Assembly (NCBI GenBank): GCA_009778355.1
Contig: WRJY01000338.1
Span: 1 to 53,155 of the forward strand
DNA from: Desulfovibrionaceae bacterium
GTDB taxonomy: Bacteria; Pseudomonadota; Gammaproteobacteria; Burkholderiales; Burkholderiaceae_C
Reading direction: 5' to 3'
DNA: 53,155 nucleotides
Numbering within the stretch: the first letter of the stretch is position 1; the number at the start of each line of letters is the position of its first letter. The notes below the pieces were generated by a model, which had not been told where the DNA came from, searched no databases, and saw only the letters and a program-made list of their open reading frames with translations. Positions 18,252-27,523 of the stretch are shown piece after piece. The position numbers and the translations under genes were made by a program.

Positions 18252-18970
18252 GAGCTTGACCGGGTGTCCGGCGCAATGGTTGAACCTGGAAACGGCAGTT
18301 GGGCGCCTTCAAGGAACAGCTCTTCGACGACCAATGCCTGGGCGTCGGTCTTGCCGTCACCCGGAATTTCGGTGCGGATGCCATAGACGCCGCCGGGCAC
18401 GGCCCGGGAGAGCATGAAGCAGTAATTCTTGCGCACGAATTTCTCGTACTTCGGCCGGTTCGGGTCGTCCAGATAGGGACTGAACGTCACCTCTTGGCCC
18501 TGCACCGCGCGCCCCCGGTACTGGAAGGTGGCGTCGCGCACCTGGGCGCCCTGGTAGACCGCCATGCGGATGCGTTGGCGAAAGTGGTTTTCGGCGCCTC
18601 CGGTCAGCCGCTTCATCTCGCGCACGTCGTGCTCCAGAAAATAAAGGATCACGGGGTTGCCCCGCGCGCCGGGCACATCGGGCGTCTGTTGCTGGCGCGC
18701 GGCGCTGAGAAACGCGCCCTTGGCATCGCAGCAACCGCCATCGGCCCTGGCGCTCAGGGCCACGGTCACGCCGTCGGTAAAGCCCTCTTCCAGGCTGCCG
18801 CTTTTTTTGAAGGCGTAGCGCAACTGCGCCGGCGGCTGCACGTCCTTCAACTGCGCCGTCATGAACAGCAGGCGCTCGGCGGGCGAGTAATCCTGCGCGC
18901 CGTTTCCGGCCCGCGCGCCCAACGGCGCCAGCAGCAAGGCACAAAACGCGGCGATGAGGGCGCGGCGCAT
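18248..18970 (-). CDS. Exported conserved hypothetical protein
   Basis: ATG 18970 with GAGAGG RBS; signal peptide ending ARA; motifs S.AE.LLF, GNPVILYFLE.DVREM, FR.RIR and PY.DDPNR; lies within the xox/mxa operon. Confidence 0.75.
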   Translation of the reverse strand: MRRALIAAFCALLLAPLGARAGNGAQDYSPAERLLFMTAQLKDVQPPAQLRYAFKKSGSLEEGFTDGVTVALSARADGGCCDAKGAFLSAARQQQTPDVPGARGNPVILYFLEHDVREMKRLTGGAENHFRQRIRMAVYQGAQVRDATFQYRGRAVQGQEVTFSPYLDDPNRPKYEKFVRKNYCFMLSRAVPGGVYGIRTEIPGDGKTDAQALVVEELFLEGAQLPFPGSTIAPDTRSSS

Positions 18971-18980
18971 GACGGCCCTC

Positions 18981-19862
18981 TCAGCGAGCGGACGCATCGA
19001 GCGGCGCATCGAGCAGCGGCACGCCGTAGTCCTTGAGAATGGCCTGGATCTGCGCGGCCTGGGAATCGATCAGCCCCTCGATCTGCTGCTTCCATTCACG
19101 CTCGCCGTAGCGCACCCCCATGGCCATCTGGTAGTCCAGCCGCACGCCAGGCTCGGACTTCAAGGGCACCACGGTCAGGCTGGGGGTCTGGACGCGGCGG
19201 GCGAAAAAGCCGGCGATTGGTCCCCAGACGATGACGGCATCCACCTTGCCCGCGACCAGGTCTTTCTGAATGATTTCGCCGGGGTACTGCTCCGGGTCGG
19301 CGTTCATCATCGGGAACGGCACGCCCTGGTCCACCAGGCCATGCCGGTTCAACCATTGCGAGGCTGGCGAGCGGTCATAGACACCGATTCGAAGCGACTT
19401 CAGCCGGGCCGGATCGAGTCTGAGAAAATCGTCCTCCGAGACCACCATGTCCATGCCTTTGCCCTTGGGGAAGACCAGCGCGTAGGTAGAGCGGTAGTAG
19501 GGCTTGGTGACCGAAATGCCGTCGAACCCGACCGGAACGGCCATCACGATGTCGCACGGGTAGTCCTGATCCGGCAGCTTGAAGCGCAGCGTGTTGCGCA
19601 GGAAAGCAATGGCGCCCGCCCGCTGCGAAAACGAGTAGTACGTGACGGGCAATCCCAACGCCTTGCCGAACAGCTCGGCGATGCGGTTCTCGATGCCCTC
19701 GCCCTGGGCGTTGGAAAAGGGCAGATTGTTCGGGTCCTGGCAAACGCGCAGCGCCTTGCGCGGCGCGCCCTCGGCGGCAGCCAGCGCGGGCAGCAGCATC
19801 ACCGCGGCCAACAGAACTTCCGCGCCATGCCGAAGGGCCAGACCAGCGAAACTTTTTTTCAT
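18981..19862 (-). CDS. xoxJ: XoxJ/MxaJ-family periplasmic binding-fold protein
   Basis: Motifs LRVCQDPNNLPFSN, G.ENRIAE, FLRNTL, T.PYYRS.Y, WGPIAG and MGVR. Confidence 0.9.
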   Translation of the reverse strand: MKKSFAGLALRHGAEVLLAAVMLLPALAAAEGAPRKALRVCQDPNNLPFSNAQGEGIENRIAELFGKALGLPVTYYSFSQRAGAIAFLRNTLRFKLPDQDYPCDIVMAVPVGFDGISVTKPYYRSTYALVFPKGKGMDMVVSEDDFLRLDPARLKSLRIGVYDRSPASQWLNRHGLVDQGVPFPMMNADPEQYPGEIIQKDLVAGKVDAVIVWGPIAGFFARRVQTPSLTVVPLKSEPGVRLDYQMAMGVRYGEREWKQQIEGLIDSQAAQIQAILKDYGVPLLDAPLDASAR

Positions 19863-20323
19863 TGGGCTCGCTCCACCCGGGCGCGTGTGATGGCGCCGTC
19901 CGAACGGCCCTTGAGATAAGCGTACAGATGATCGACGTTGTTCATCACGGACTCGACATGGGCGAACCCCGCCATGGCCGTTCCGCTGCGCCCGTCGCGA
20001 ACAGTCTTGACGAAGTCATCCTTGGACAACACCTTGAGACTGTTGACCAAAGACGGGCCGACCAGGCCTTCCTGGTTCGGGCCGTGGCAGCGTTCACAAG
20101 CGGCCGCGCGCCAGGTTTGAAATCCCTTGAAGGTTTCGGGATCGACCTTGTAGCCATCGGTCACTTTGTACAGCGGGGCATCACCGGCGGCAGCGACTTG
20201 ACTGCTGGCCGGGCCGGGCCCCATGCTGGCGACGGTGGTCTCGTTGCCCGCGGCGGCAACTTGGCGGCTGGCCGCGCTTGCCAGAAAAAGGGCCAGCAGC
20301 AGTGCTGAAGTTCGTGCGTTCAT
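19859..20323 (-). CDS. xoxG: Cytochrome c, electron acceptor of XoxF
   Basis: Signal peptide; heme motif CERCH; QEGLVGPSL, distal Met (TAMAGF) and LYAYLKGRSDG; directly downstream of xoxF. Confidence 0.85.
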   Translation of the reverse strand: MNARTSALLLALFLASAASRQVAAAGNETTVASMGPGPASSQVAAAGDAPLYKVTDGYKVDPETFKGFQTWRAAACERCHGPNQEGLVGPSLVNSLKVLSKDDFVKTVRDGRSGTAMAGFAHVESVMNNVDHLYAYLKGRSDGAITRARVERAQ

Positions 20324-20351
20324 GTGTTTTGTTCATCCATGAGGGTCCAGG

Positions 20352-20381
20352 AAAAGGGGAGCGCGGCCTCGCGGACTCCCC
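20352..20381 (-). terminator. Imperfect hairpin plus short U-tract between xoxF and xoxG (partial terminator or stability element)
   Basis: The + strand reads aaaa-ggggagcgcg-gcct-cgcggactcccc, i.e. a stem followed by TTTT on the - strand. Confidence 0.45.
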
Positions 20382-20468
20382 GGAAAGCAGCCCCGCCTGC
20401 CGGCTGTCCATGGGTTGCCTTCGTGGAGCAACCCGCGCGCCGATGGGAGCTTTTCTCCTCTGCCCGGC

Positions 20469-22298
20469 TCAGTTGGGCAGCGCGAACACGGTCAGCGAAC
20501 CGCCGAGTTCGGTGTACCTGGCCAAGTCCCTGTAGCCGCCGACCGCGCCGAGTCCTTCGGTGCTCTTATCAGGGTCGATGCCGGCGGCCATGCCGATGCC
20601 TGCCCAGCCGCCAATGCCCGAATACACGCCGATGTACTGCTTGCCCTTGAACTCATAGGTGAACACGTTGCCGATGATGCCGGACGGCGTCTTGAACTTG
20701 AACAGTTCCTTGTTGATGTCCCTGGCATCCACGCACTTCAGATAGCCCTCCAGCGTGCCGTAGCAAGAGATGCCGCCAGCGGTGTTGAGCACGCCGCTCC
20801 ACACCGAGAATTTTTCGGCCTTACTCTGCACGATCTTGCCGCTGCCAGCGTCCCAGGTGATGAAGTTGCCCATGCCGCCGTGGCTGTTCGGCGCCGGGTA
20901 CATCGAGAGCGTGGCGCCCACATAAGGCTGGCCAGCCGTGTATTCGATCTGGAACGGCTCGTAGTCCATGCAGACGTGGTTGGTCGGCACGTAGAAGAGT
21001 TTGGTTTCGGGATCGTAGGAGGCCGGCTGCTGATCCTTGCTTCCCAGCGCCGCGGGACAGATGCCCTTGGTGTTGACGTCAGGGCCGTTCTGGGCGGTCG
21101 AGTACTTGGCCACCACCTGCGGCCGCCCCGTCTTCATGTCGACATGTGTGGCCCAGTTCACGGCTGGATCGTATTTCTCGGCCACCAAAAGCTCCCCGGT
21201 CACGCGATTGAGCGTGTAGCTGAAACCATTGCGGTCGAAATGCACCAGCGCCTTCGTCGGCTTGCCCTTGACGTTGATGTCCGCCAGGATCATTTCGTTG
21301 ACCCCGTCGTAGTCCCATTCGTCATACGGCGTCATCTGGAAGACCCAGTTGACCTTGCCGGTATCCACGTCACGCGACCAGATGCTCATCGACCACTTGT
21401 TGTCGCCGGGCCGCTGCGAGGGGTTCCAGGTCGACGGGTTCCCGGAACCGTAGTACAGGGAATTGGTCGCCTTGTCATAGCTGTACCAGCCCCAGGTGGT
21501 GCCGCCGCCGATCTTCCACTGGTCGCCCTTCCAGGTCTTGAGCGAGGAATCCTTGCCGACGGGCGCCATCTTGCCGTCGGTCCAGGTCATGGTTTTTTCG
21601 GGGTCCATCAGCATCTCTGCGTCCGGCCCGGTGCTGTAGCCCTTCCAGGCGAGCGAACCGTCCTTGATGTTGTAGGCGGCCAGATAGCCGCGCACGCCGA
21701 ACTCGCCGCCGCTGATGCCGGTGATGACCTTGTCCTTGAAGACATGAGGCGCGTTGGTATTGGTGGCGCCGACTTTCGGATCGCCGTTTTTCACGCTCCA
21801 CGCCACCTTGCCGGTCTTGGCGTCGAGTGCCACCAGGGTCGTGTCGGCCTGCTGCAAAAAGACCTTGCCTTCGGCGTAGGCCAAGCCGCGATTGACCGTG
21901 TCGCAGCACATGACGGCGATGACCGCCGTGTCCTGCTTGGGCTCGTACTTCCAGACCGTCTCATGCGTCTGGAGATCGACCGCCATCACCTTGTTGGGAA
22001 AAGGCGTATGGATGTACATGACGCCATCGACCACGAGGGGCGAGCCTTCGTGGCCGCGCAGCACGCCGGTGGACAGGGTCCAGGCCACCTGCATCTTGCC
22101 GACGTTGTTCTTGTTGATCTGGTTGAGCTTGCTGTACCGGTGGTTGAGCATGTCGCCCGCCTGCATGGCCCAATTCTTCGGATTGGCGGTGTTCTTCTCG
22201 ACATCAGCGTTGGCGGATGCCAGAACCGGCAGAGCGGCCACCAGCGAGAAGCCGATGCGGCGCAAGAGCCGGTTGCTCGTTTGCAAACAAAATTTCAT
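20469..22298 (-). CDS. xoxF: Lanthanide-dependent PQQ methanol dehydrogenase XoxF (probably XoxF5-type)
   Basis: ATG 22298 with AAGGAG RBS; signal peptide; vicinal MCCD; [16 protein letters not shown] and WDYDGVNE, which carries the extra Ln-ligand Asp (Ala in MxaF). Confidence 0.95.
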   Translation of the reverse strand: MKFCLQTSNRLLRRIGFSLVAALPVLASANADVEKNTANPKNWAMQAGDMLNHRYSKLNQINKNNVGKMQVAWTLSTGVLRGHEGSPLVVDGVMYIHTPFPNKVMAVDLQTHETVWKYEPKQDTAVIAVMCCDTVNRGLAYAEGKVFLQQADTTLVALDAKTGKVAWSVKNGDPKVGATNTNAPHVFKDKVITGISGGEFGVRGYLAAYNIKDGSLAWKGYSTGPDAEMLMDPEKTMTWTDGKMAPVGKDSSLKTWKGDQWKIGGGTTWGWYSYDKATNSLYYGSGNPSTWNPSQRPGDNKWSMSIWSRDVDTGKVNWVFQMTPYDEWDYDGVNEMILADINVKGKPTKALVHFDRNGFSYTLNRVTGELLVAEKYDPAVNWATHVDMKTGRPQVVAKYSTAQNGPDVNTKGICPAALGSKDQQPASYDPETKLFYVPTNHVCMDYEPFQIEYTAGQPYVGATLSMYPAPNSHGGMGNFITWDAGSGKIVQSKAEKFSVWSGVLNTAGGISCYGTLEGYLKCVDARDINKELFKFKTPSGIIGNVFTYEFKGKQYIGVYSGIGGWAGIGMAAGIDPDKSTEGLGAVGGYRDLARYTELGGSLTVFALPN

Positions 22299-22383
22299 GA
22301 ATATGTCTCCTTGTGCGGATGGTGCCCGCTGTCCACGCCCGTAGCGCCTGCCGTTGGATTGGCCCGGCGCCGCAACGCAACAT

Positions 22384-22399
22384 TGCAATATCCATGCCC
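22384..22399 (-). promoter_or_regulatory. Sigma54 -24/-12 promoter for the xoxF operon
   Basis: The - strand reads GGGCATGGATATTGCA (GG-N10-GC), nearly identical to the folB promoter. Confidence 0.72.
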
Positions 22400-22653
22400 G
22401 CCATTGCCGCATGGGTGCGCAGCCAAGGCTCTCTGCGATACATGAAAAACGAACCCGCCCGTTTCAACATTCGCAAGTTGGGCATGACACGGCACTATGG
22501 CATTGAATGCGTGACGCCGGATGACCCGCCCTGATCTCAGAGCCTGTTTACGATCTCGAGCGCCATGCATCCATCCAGATTCGAGACAAAGTGTTTCACT
22601 TCAAATACGAACGTCGAGCGCCCGGCGGCCATGCAAGCGCCCTGCGGGACCAG

Positions 22654-22669
22654 AGGCACGGAATTTGCG
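22654..22669 (+). promoter_or_regulatory. Sigma54 -24/-12 promoter for the ABC/TonB uptake operon
   Basis: AGGCACGGAATTTGCG (GG-N10-GC), about 45 nt before ATG 22713. Confidence 0.7.
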
Positions 22670-22712
22670 AACGAAAAGTCAGACTCGGTACCGACCCAAT
22701 GAATTGGTCTCA

Positions 22713-23426
22713 ATGCTGCGCACCATCGACATCACCAAACGCTACGGTTCGCGCACAGCCCTGCAATCGCTGTCCCTGCACCTTCAGGCGAGGCAGTTCG
22801 TGGCGCTCCTGGGCCCCAATGGCGCCGGCAAATCGACGCTGTTCCAGGTGCTCACCGGTCTGTTCGCGGCGGATGCGGGCGAGGTCGAAATTGCCGGCAT
22901 TTCGCTGCGGCGCTCGCCTGCCGCCGCGCTGGCGCATATTGGCGTCGTGTTCCAGCAGGTATCGCTCGACCTGGATCTCAGCGTCCGGCGCAATCTTCTG
23001 TTCCAGGCCGACCTGCACGGCCTGCCGCGCCGGCTGGCGCATGAGCGCATCGCATCGGCGTGCGAGCAATTGCACATCGGCATCGACCTGGATCGCAAGG
23101 TGCGCGAGCTATCGGGCGGCAACCGGCGCAAGGTCGAGCTCGCGCGGGCAGGTCTGCACCGCCCGGCGGTGTTGCTGATGGACGAAGCCACCGTGGGGCT
23201 GGACCCGAAGTCGCGCCAGGATTTGCTTGCCGCCCTGCGTTCGGACGTGCGCGAACGGGGGGTGTGCGTGCTGTGGGCCACGCATCTGGTCGAAGAGGCC
23301 GTGCAGGCAGACCGTGTACTTGTCTTGCACAAGGGCGCCTTGCTGGCAGATGGCACGCCAGCGCGAGTGAGCCAGGCGCTGGGAGGCGCCACATTGGAGG
23401 CTGGATTCATCGCCAGCACGGCCTAG
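22713..23426 (+). CDS. ABC transporter ATP-binding subunit, PQQ-ADH-associated (PedB/Lut-like)
   Basis: Walker A GPNGAGKST, VVFQQ..LDLDL, LSGGNRRKVE, LMDEATVGLD and LWATHL. Confidence 0.9.
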   Translation: MLRTIDITKRYGSRTALQSLSLHLQARQFVALLGPNGAGKSTLFQVLTGLFAADAGEVEIAGISLRRSPAAALAHIGVVFQQVSLDLDLSVRRNLLFQADLHGLPRRLAHERIASACEQLHIGIDLDRKVRELSGGNRRKVELARAGLHRPAVLLMDEATVGLDPKSRQDLLAALRSDVRERGVCVLWATHLVEEAVQADRVLVLHKGALLADGTPARVSQALGGATLEAGFIASTA

Positions 23427-23485
23427 CGATACAGGAAGGGTCGCCAGATGCGAACCGGTCTGACCACCAGGAAGAGAGAGACAAC

Positions 23486-24478
23486 TTGGACCAGCGTTTT
23501 TCCCCTGCTTTTCGAATCATGGCCCGGGCGTGCCTGGCGCTGTCGATGACCGCTGCCGGCGCTGCCGCGCTGGCGCAGGCAACCGCCTACGTCTCCAGCG
23601 AGAAAGATGGCGCGCTGACGATGATCGACCTGAGCACGCTGGCCGTGAAAGGAACCGTGCCGACCTGCAAACGCGCGCGTCACATCCTGCTCACGCCCGA
23701 ACGCCGCCTGATGGTGGCCTGCACGGATTCGAACGAGGCCGACATCATCGATCCGGCCAGCGGCAAGTCCGTGCGGCGCATTGCGCTGGGCGATTCACCC
23801 GAGGCCTTCGATCTTTCGCCCGATGGCAAGACCATCTACGTCTCCAACGAGGATGCCGCCGAGGTCAGCTTCATCGACGCGGCCAATGCAAGGCTGTTGC
23901 GCTCGGTACCGGTGGGCCCCGAGCCGGAAGGCGTCAAGGTCAGCGCCGACGGCAAAACCTTGTACGTCACATCGGAGGTCGCGAACCTGGTGCACGTGAT
24001 CGACACCGTCAGCGGCAAGATACTGAAAAACGTCGGCGTCGGCAAACGCCCGCGGCGCCTGGCGCTCACGCCCGACGGCAAGGAACTGTGGGTCACCAAC
24101 GAACTGGACTCCAGCGTCAGCATTGTGTCGACACGCACGTTCGAGTTGATCGATACCTTGAAGTTCGAAGTCAAGGGAGTGCGCGCCCAGGACATCACCC
24201 CCGTGGGCATTGCGTTTGCCGCCAGCGGCCAGCAAGCCTTCATCGGGCTTGGCCGAGCCAACCGCGTCGCCTTCGTCGATGTGCCCCGGCGCAAGGTCAG
24301 CGCCCTGGTACTGGTCGGCAAGCGCGCCTGGAACGTCGCGCTCGACAAAGCGCAGGCGCGGCTGTATGTGGTCAACGGACTGAGCGACGACGTCACCGTC
24401 GTGGACGTGGCGGGCGCCAAGGCCATCAAGAGTATTGCCGTTGGACGGGTGCCCTACGGGCTGGCGGTGGTTGAATGA
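23486..24478 (+). CDS. YVTN beta-propeller protein, PQQ-catabolism-associated (PedA2-like)
   Basis: Signal peptide; repeats AYVSSE, PEAF.LSPDGKTIYVSNED, PEGV.VS.DGKTLYVTSE, LWVTNE and LYVVNGLSDDV. Start is TTG 23486 or ATG 23519. Confidence 0.87.
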   Translation: MDQRFSPAFRIMARACLALSMTAAGAAALAQATAYVSSEKDGALTMIDLSTLAVKGTVPTCKRARHILLTPERRLMVACTDSNEADIIDPASGKSVRRIALGDSPEAFDLSPDGKTIYVSNEDAAEVSFIDAANARLLRSVPVGPEPEGVKVSADGKTLYVTSEVANLVHVIDTVSGKILKNVGVGKRPRRLALTPDGKELWVTNELDSSVSIVSTRTFELIDTLKFEVKGVRAQDITPVGIAFAASGQQAFIGLGRANRVAFVDVPRRKVSALVLVGKRAWNVALDKAQARLYVVNGLSDDVTVVDVAGAKAIKSIAVGRVPYGLAVVE

Positions 24479-25656
24479 GAAAAAACCTCTCTGCTGCCAG
24501 GCTCGCGGGCATGGCGCTGGCGGCGGCTTGCGTCCTGGCGTGCGCGGCGGCGCGGGCCGAGGCGCTCAAGGCAACGCTGATCGTTGTCGAGGACGACCCC
24601 CGTCTGGAGCGCACGCGCATCGAGCGCGCCTACCTGGGCCACCCCGGCGGCCCGCTGGCCACTGGCGTGCAAGTCGCGCTCGACGAAGCCCGATTCGGCC
24701 TGCAGGCGGCGGGCGCCGAAGTGATTTTGCGCAGCGCCCAGGCCGCTTCTGCGGAGGCGGCGCGCGCAGCGGCTGTCAGCGCCGAAAAAGACGGCGCCGC
24801 GGCGCTGCTGACCGATCTGCCGGCGGACTGGACGCTGGCAGTGGCCGATGCCGTGAAGCTGCCAGTGCTGAATTTGAGCGAAGCCTCCGACCGGCTGCGC
24901 GAAGCCGATTGCCGCCCCCGCCTGTTCCATCTGATCCCCAGCGAACGCATGCGCAGCGACGCAATCGCGCAGTTGCTGGCCTCGCGCAAATGGAGCAAGC
25001 TGCTTTTACTGACGGGGCCAAGCCCGCAAGATGCCTTGCGCGCAGCCACGGCGCAGGCATCGATTCGGCGCTACGGCTTACAGGTCGTGGCGAACAAGCC
25101 CTTCAAGCTCTCGGCCGATCCGCGCGAGCGCAGCATGGCCAACACGCTTTTGCTGACCGCGGACGCCAACTACGACGTTGTATGGGTGATCGACAGTGAC
25201 GGCGAATTCGCGCGCACCCTGCCCTATCAAACCGTGCTGCCGCGCCCCGTGGTGGGTGACGCCGGCCTGGTGGCGCTGGCTTGGCACGCGCAGTTCGAGC
25301 GTTACGGCGCGCCGCAGGTTTCCAGGCGCTTTGCCAAGACCGCCAAACGGCCAATGGAGGCCCAGGATTGGGCTGCATGGATGGCCGGCAAGGCGCTGAC
25401 CGCCGCGGTCATCGCCGCGCCCCGCGGGCCTGACGCGGCCTGGGCCCAGGCGCTGGCAAAAAATTCGCTCGATGGCTCCAAAGGCACGGGCCTGACCTTC
25501 AGGCCCTGGGACGGGCAGTTGCGCCAGCCCATGCTGCTCAGCGACGGGCAGGGCGTGGTCGCCACGGCGCCATTCGACGGCTTGCTGCATCCAAGCAACG
25601 TGCTGGACACCCTGGGCGCCGATGCGCCGGAAAAACTATGCCGGACGGCACGCTGA
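24475..25656 (+). CDS. ABC substrate-binding protein, PQQ-ADH-associated (PedA1/LutA-like)
   Basis: Signal peptide; LR..DC...LFH.IPS..M..DAIAQ.L...W, DYDVVWV.DSDGEF, E.YGA.Q..RRF, DW.AW.A and L.FR.WDGQLRQP. Confidence 0.87.
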   Translation: MRKNLSAARLAGMALAAACVLACAAARAEALKATLIVVEDDPRLERTRIERAYLGHPGGPLATGVQVALDEARFGLQAAGAEVILRSAQAASAEAARAAAVSAEKDGAAALLTDLPADWTLAVADAVKLPVLNLSEASDRLREADCRPRLFHLIPSERMRSDAIAQLLASRKWSKLLLLTGPSPQDALRAATAQASIRRYGLQVVANKPFKLSADPRERSMANTLLLTADANYDVVWVIDSDGEFARTLPYQTVLPRPVVGDAGLVALAWHAQFERYGAPQVSRRFAKTAKRPMEAQDWAAWMAGKALTAAVIAAPRGPDAAWAQALAKNSLDGSKGTGLTFRPWDGQLRQPMLLSDGQGVVATAPFDGLLHPSNVLDTLGADAPEKLCRTAR

Positions 25657-26510
25657 AAACGCCGCGCGATGACAGCAGGCAGCGGGCGCGCGGCGCGATC
25701 GGGCACGCGCTGCAGGCGCTGCGCGCCATCGTGATGCGCGAGTTGCGCAAGTTCTTGCAGCAAACCGGACGGCTGGTGTCGGCCCTGGTGCGCCCGCTGC
25801 TTTGGCTGGCCGTATTCGCGGCGGGATTTCGCAATGTGTTTGGCGTATCCATCGTCGAGCCTTACGACACCTACGTGGCCTACGACGTCTACATCGTGCC
25901 CGGCCTAGCCGGCATGGTGCTTTTGTTCAACGGCATGCAATCGTCGCTGGCCTTGGTCTATGACCGCGAGATGGGCCTGATGCGCCTGCTGCTCACGGCA
26001 CCGCTGCCCAGGCCCTGGATCCTGTTTTCCAAGCTGTGCGCCACCGCGCTGCTGTCGGTGCTGCAAGCACTGGTTTTCGTGGCGGTGGCGGCGCTGATTG
26101 GCACCGAGCTGCCGCTGCCGTCCTGGGCCGCGTTGCATGCGCTGCTTGCGCTCGTCGCCGGCGCGTTCATGCTGGGCGCGCTCGGGCTGCTGCTGTCGGT
26201 GTACATCAAGCAACTGGAAAACTTCGCCGGCACCATGAATTTCGTCATTTTCCCGATGTACTTTCTGTCCACCGCGCTCTATCCGCTGTGGAAGTTGCAG
26301 GAATCGGGCGCCGGGTGGGTCTACCAGTTGGCGCGCTTCAACCCCTTCACTTACACGATCGAGTGGGTCCGCTTCGCCCTCTATGGCAAGGATCCCGGTT
26401 GGGCGCCCTGTGCCGTGCTCGGCTGCGGCGCGCTGTTTTTCGGCCTGGCGTGCTGGGGCTACGACCCGCAACGCGGCTTCGGCGGCTTGACCAGGAGGGG
26501 CGGGGCATGA
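25638..26510 (+). CDS. ABC-2 type permease, PQQ-ADH-associated (PedC-like)
   Basis: RLVSALVRPLLW, YIVPGL.GM.LLFNGMQSSL..VYDREMG.MR.LL and QLENFAG.MNFVIFPM.F.S.ALYP. Confidence 0.9.
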   Translation: MPDGTLKTPRDDSRQRARGAIGHALQALRAIVMRELRKFLQQTGRLVSALVRPLLWLAVFAAGFRNVFGVSIVEPYDTYVAYDVYIVPGLAGMVLLFNGMQSSLALVYDREMGLMRLLLTAPLPRPWILFSKLCATALLSVLQALVFVAVAALIGTELPLPSWAALHALLALVAGAFMLGALGLLLSVYIKQLENFAGTMNFVIFPMYFLSTALYPLWKLQESGAGWVYQLARFNPFTYTIEWVRFALYGKDPGWAPCAVLGCGALFFGLACWGYDPQRGFGGLTRRGGA

Positions 26511-27499
26511 AGCGGCTCGATCGGCGCCGCTGGCTCGGCCATGCGCTTGCCGGAGCGCTGGGCGCGTGGCCCTTGCATGACGCGATGGCTGCTTTTTCCG
26601 AGTCGCCCTTTCCTTCCCAGCCCATTTCGCTCTGGGTGCCCTGGCCTCCAGGCGGTGCCACCGATGTTTCCTTGCGCCTGCTGGCCCAGATAGCCTCGCA
26701 GTCGCTGGGCCAAACCGTCATAGTCAAAAACCGCAGCGGCGCCGGCGGCATCCTTGCCATGCCCCTGCTGCAAACGGCGCCGCCGGACGGCTACACCATC
26801 GCCCAGATGCCGCAACCGGTCTTTCATGCGCCGCACGTCCAGAAGGTGCCCTGGGACCCGATCCGCGATGTCACGCCGATCATCCAGATCTCCAGTGTCA
26901 CCTTCGGCGTGCTGGTCGCGGGCGGCAGTTCCATGCGCTCGCTCGACGATCTGTTCGCGTTCGCCAGGAAGTATCCCGGCGAGTTGACCATCGCCACCAA
27001 CGGCGTCGGCACGACGCCGCACATCGTGCTCGAACAATTGTTCACCGCGCGCGGTCTGCGCTATATCCATGTGCCATACAAGGGAACAGCCGAGCAGTTG
27101 AACGCCATCGCATCCGGGCAGGTCATGGCGGGCGTCAACTCCTCCGGCTTCGGGCCGGCGGTCGATGCGGCAATCCTGCGCCTGCTGGTCATTTTCACGG
27201 CAGAGCGATCCAGGCGCTGGCCGCAAGTGCCCACGCTGCGCGAACTCGGCATCGACATCGTGGCCAAGTCGCCCTACGGCCTGGCGGGGCCGCGCGGCCT
27301 ACCGCCGCACGTGGTATCGGTGCTGCACGACGCCTTCAAACAGGCCGTCTTCGATCCGCGCTTCCAGACCGAACTCGTCAAGTACGACCAGGAAATCGAC
27401 TACCTCGGCCCCGAGGCGTATGCGCAATCGTGCCGCAATATCTATGAGCAGGAGCGCGTGGCCGTGGAAAAAATGGGCCTCGCGAACCAAGGCGACTGA
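26507..27499 (+). CDS. Bug/TctC substrate-binding protein with Tat-like leader
   Basis: ATG 26507 overlaps the permease stop (ATGA); RRRWLG leader; motifs VPWPPGGATD, NRSGAGG, PDGYTI, HVPYKG and VPTLRELG. Confidence 0.9.
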   Translation: MKRLDRRRWLGHALAGALGAWPLHDAMAAFSESPFPSQPISLWVPWPPGGATDVSLRLLAQIASQSLGQTVIVKNRSGAGGILAMPLLQTAPPDGYTIAQMPQPVFHAPHVQKVPWDPIRDVTPIIQISSVTFGVLVAGGSSMRSLDDLFAFARKYPGELTIATNGVGTTPHIVLEQLFTARGLRYIHVPYKGTAEQLNAIASGQVMAGVNSSGFGPAVDAAILRLLVIFTAERSRRWPQVPTLRELGIDIVAKSPYGLAGPRGLPPHVVSVLHDAFKQAVFDPRFQTELVKYDQEIDYLGPEAYAQSCRNIYEQERVAVEKMGLANQGD

Positions 27500-27523
27500 T
27501 TCCGGCAACGTTCTGAAAACCGC

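Noticed and set aside
20469-22298. Calling the MDH MxaF because mxaRSACKL are adjacent
   Set aside because: The active-site motif is WDYDG rather than WDYAG, and no mxaI is present.
22538-22557. cagagcctgtttacgatctc, resembling an IS5/MITE terminal repeat
   Set aside because: No inverted partner or transposase remnant was found in the window.
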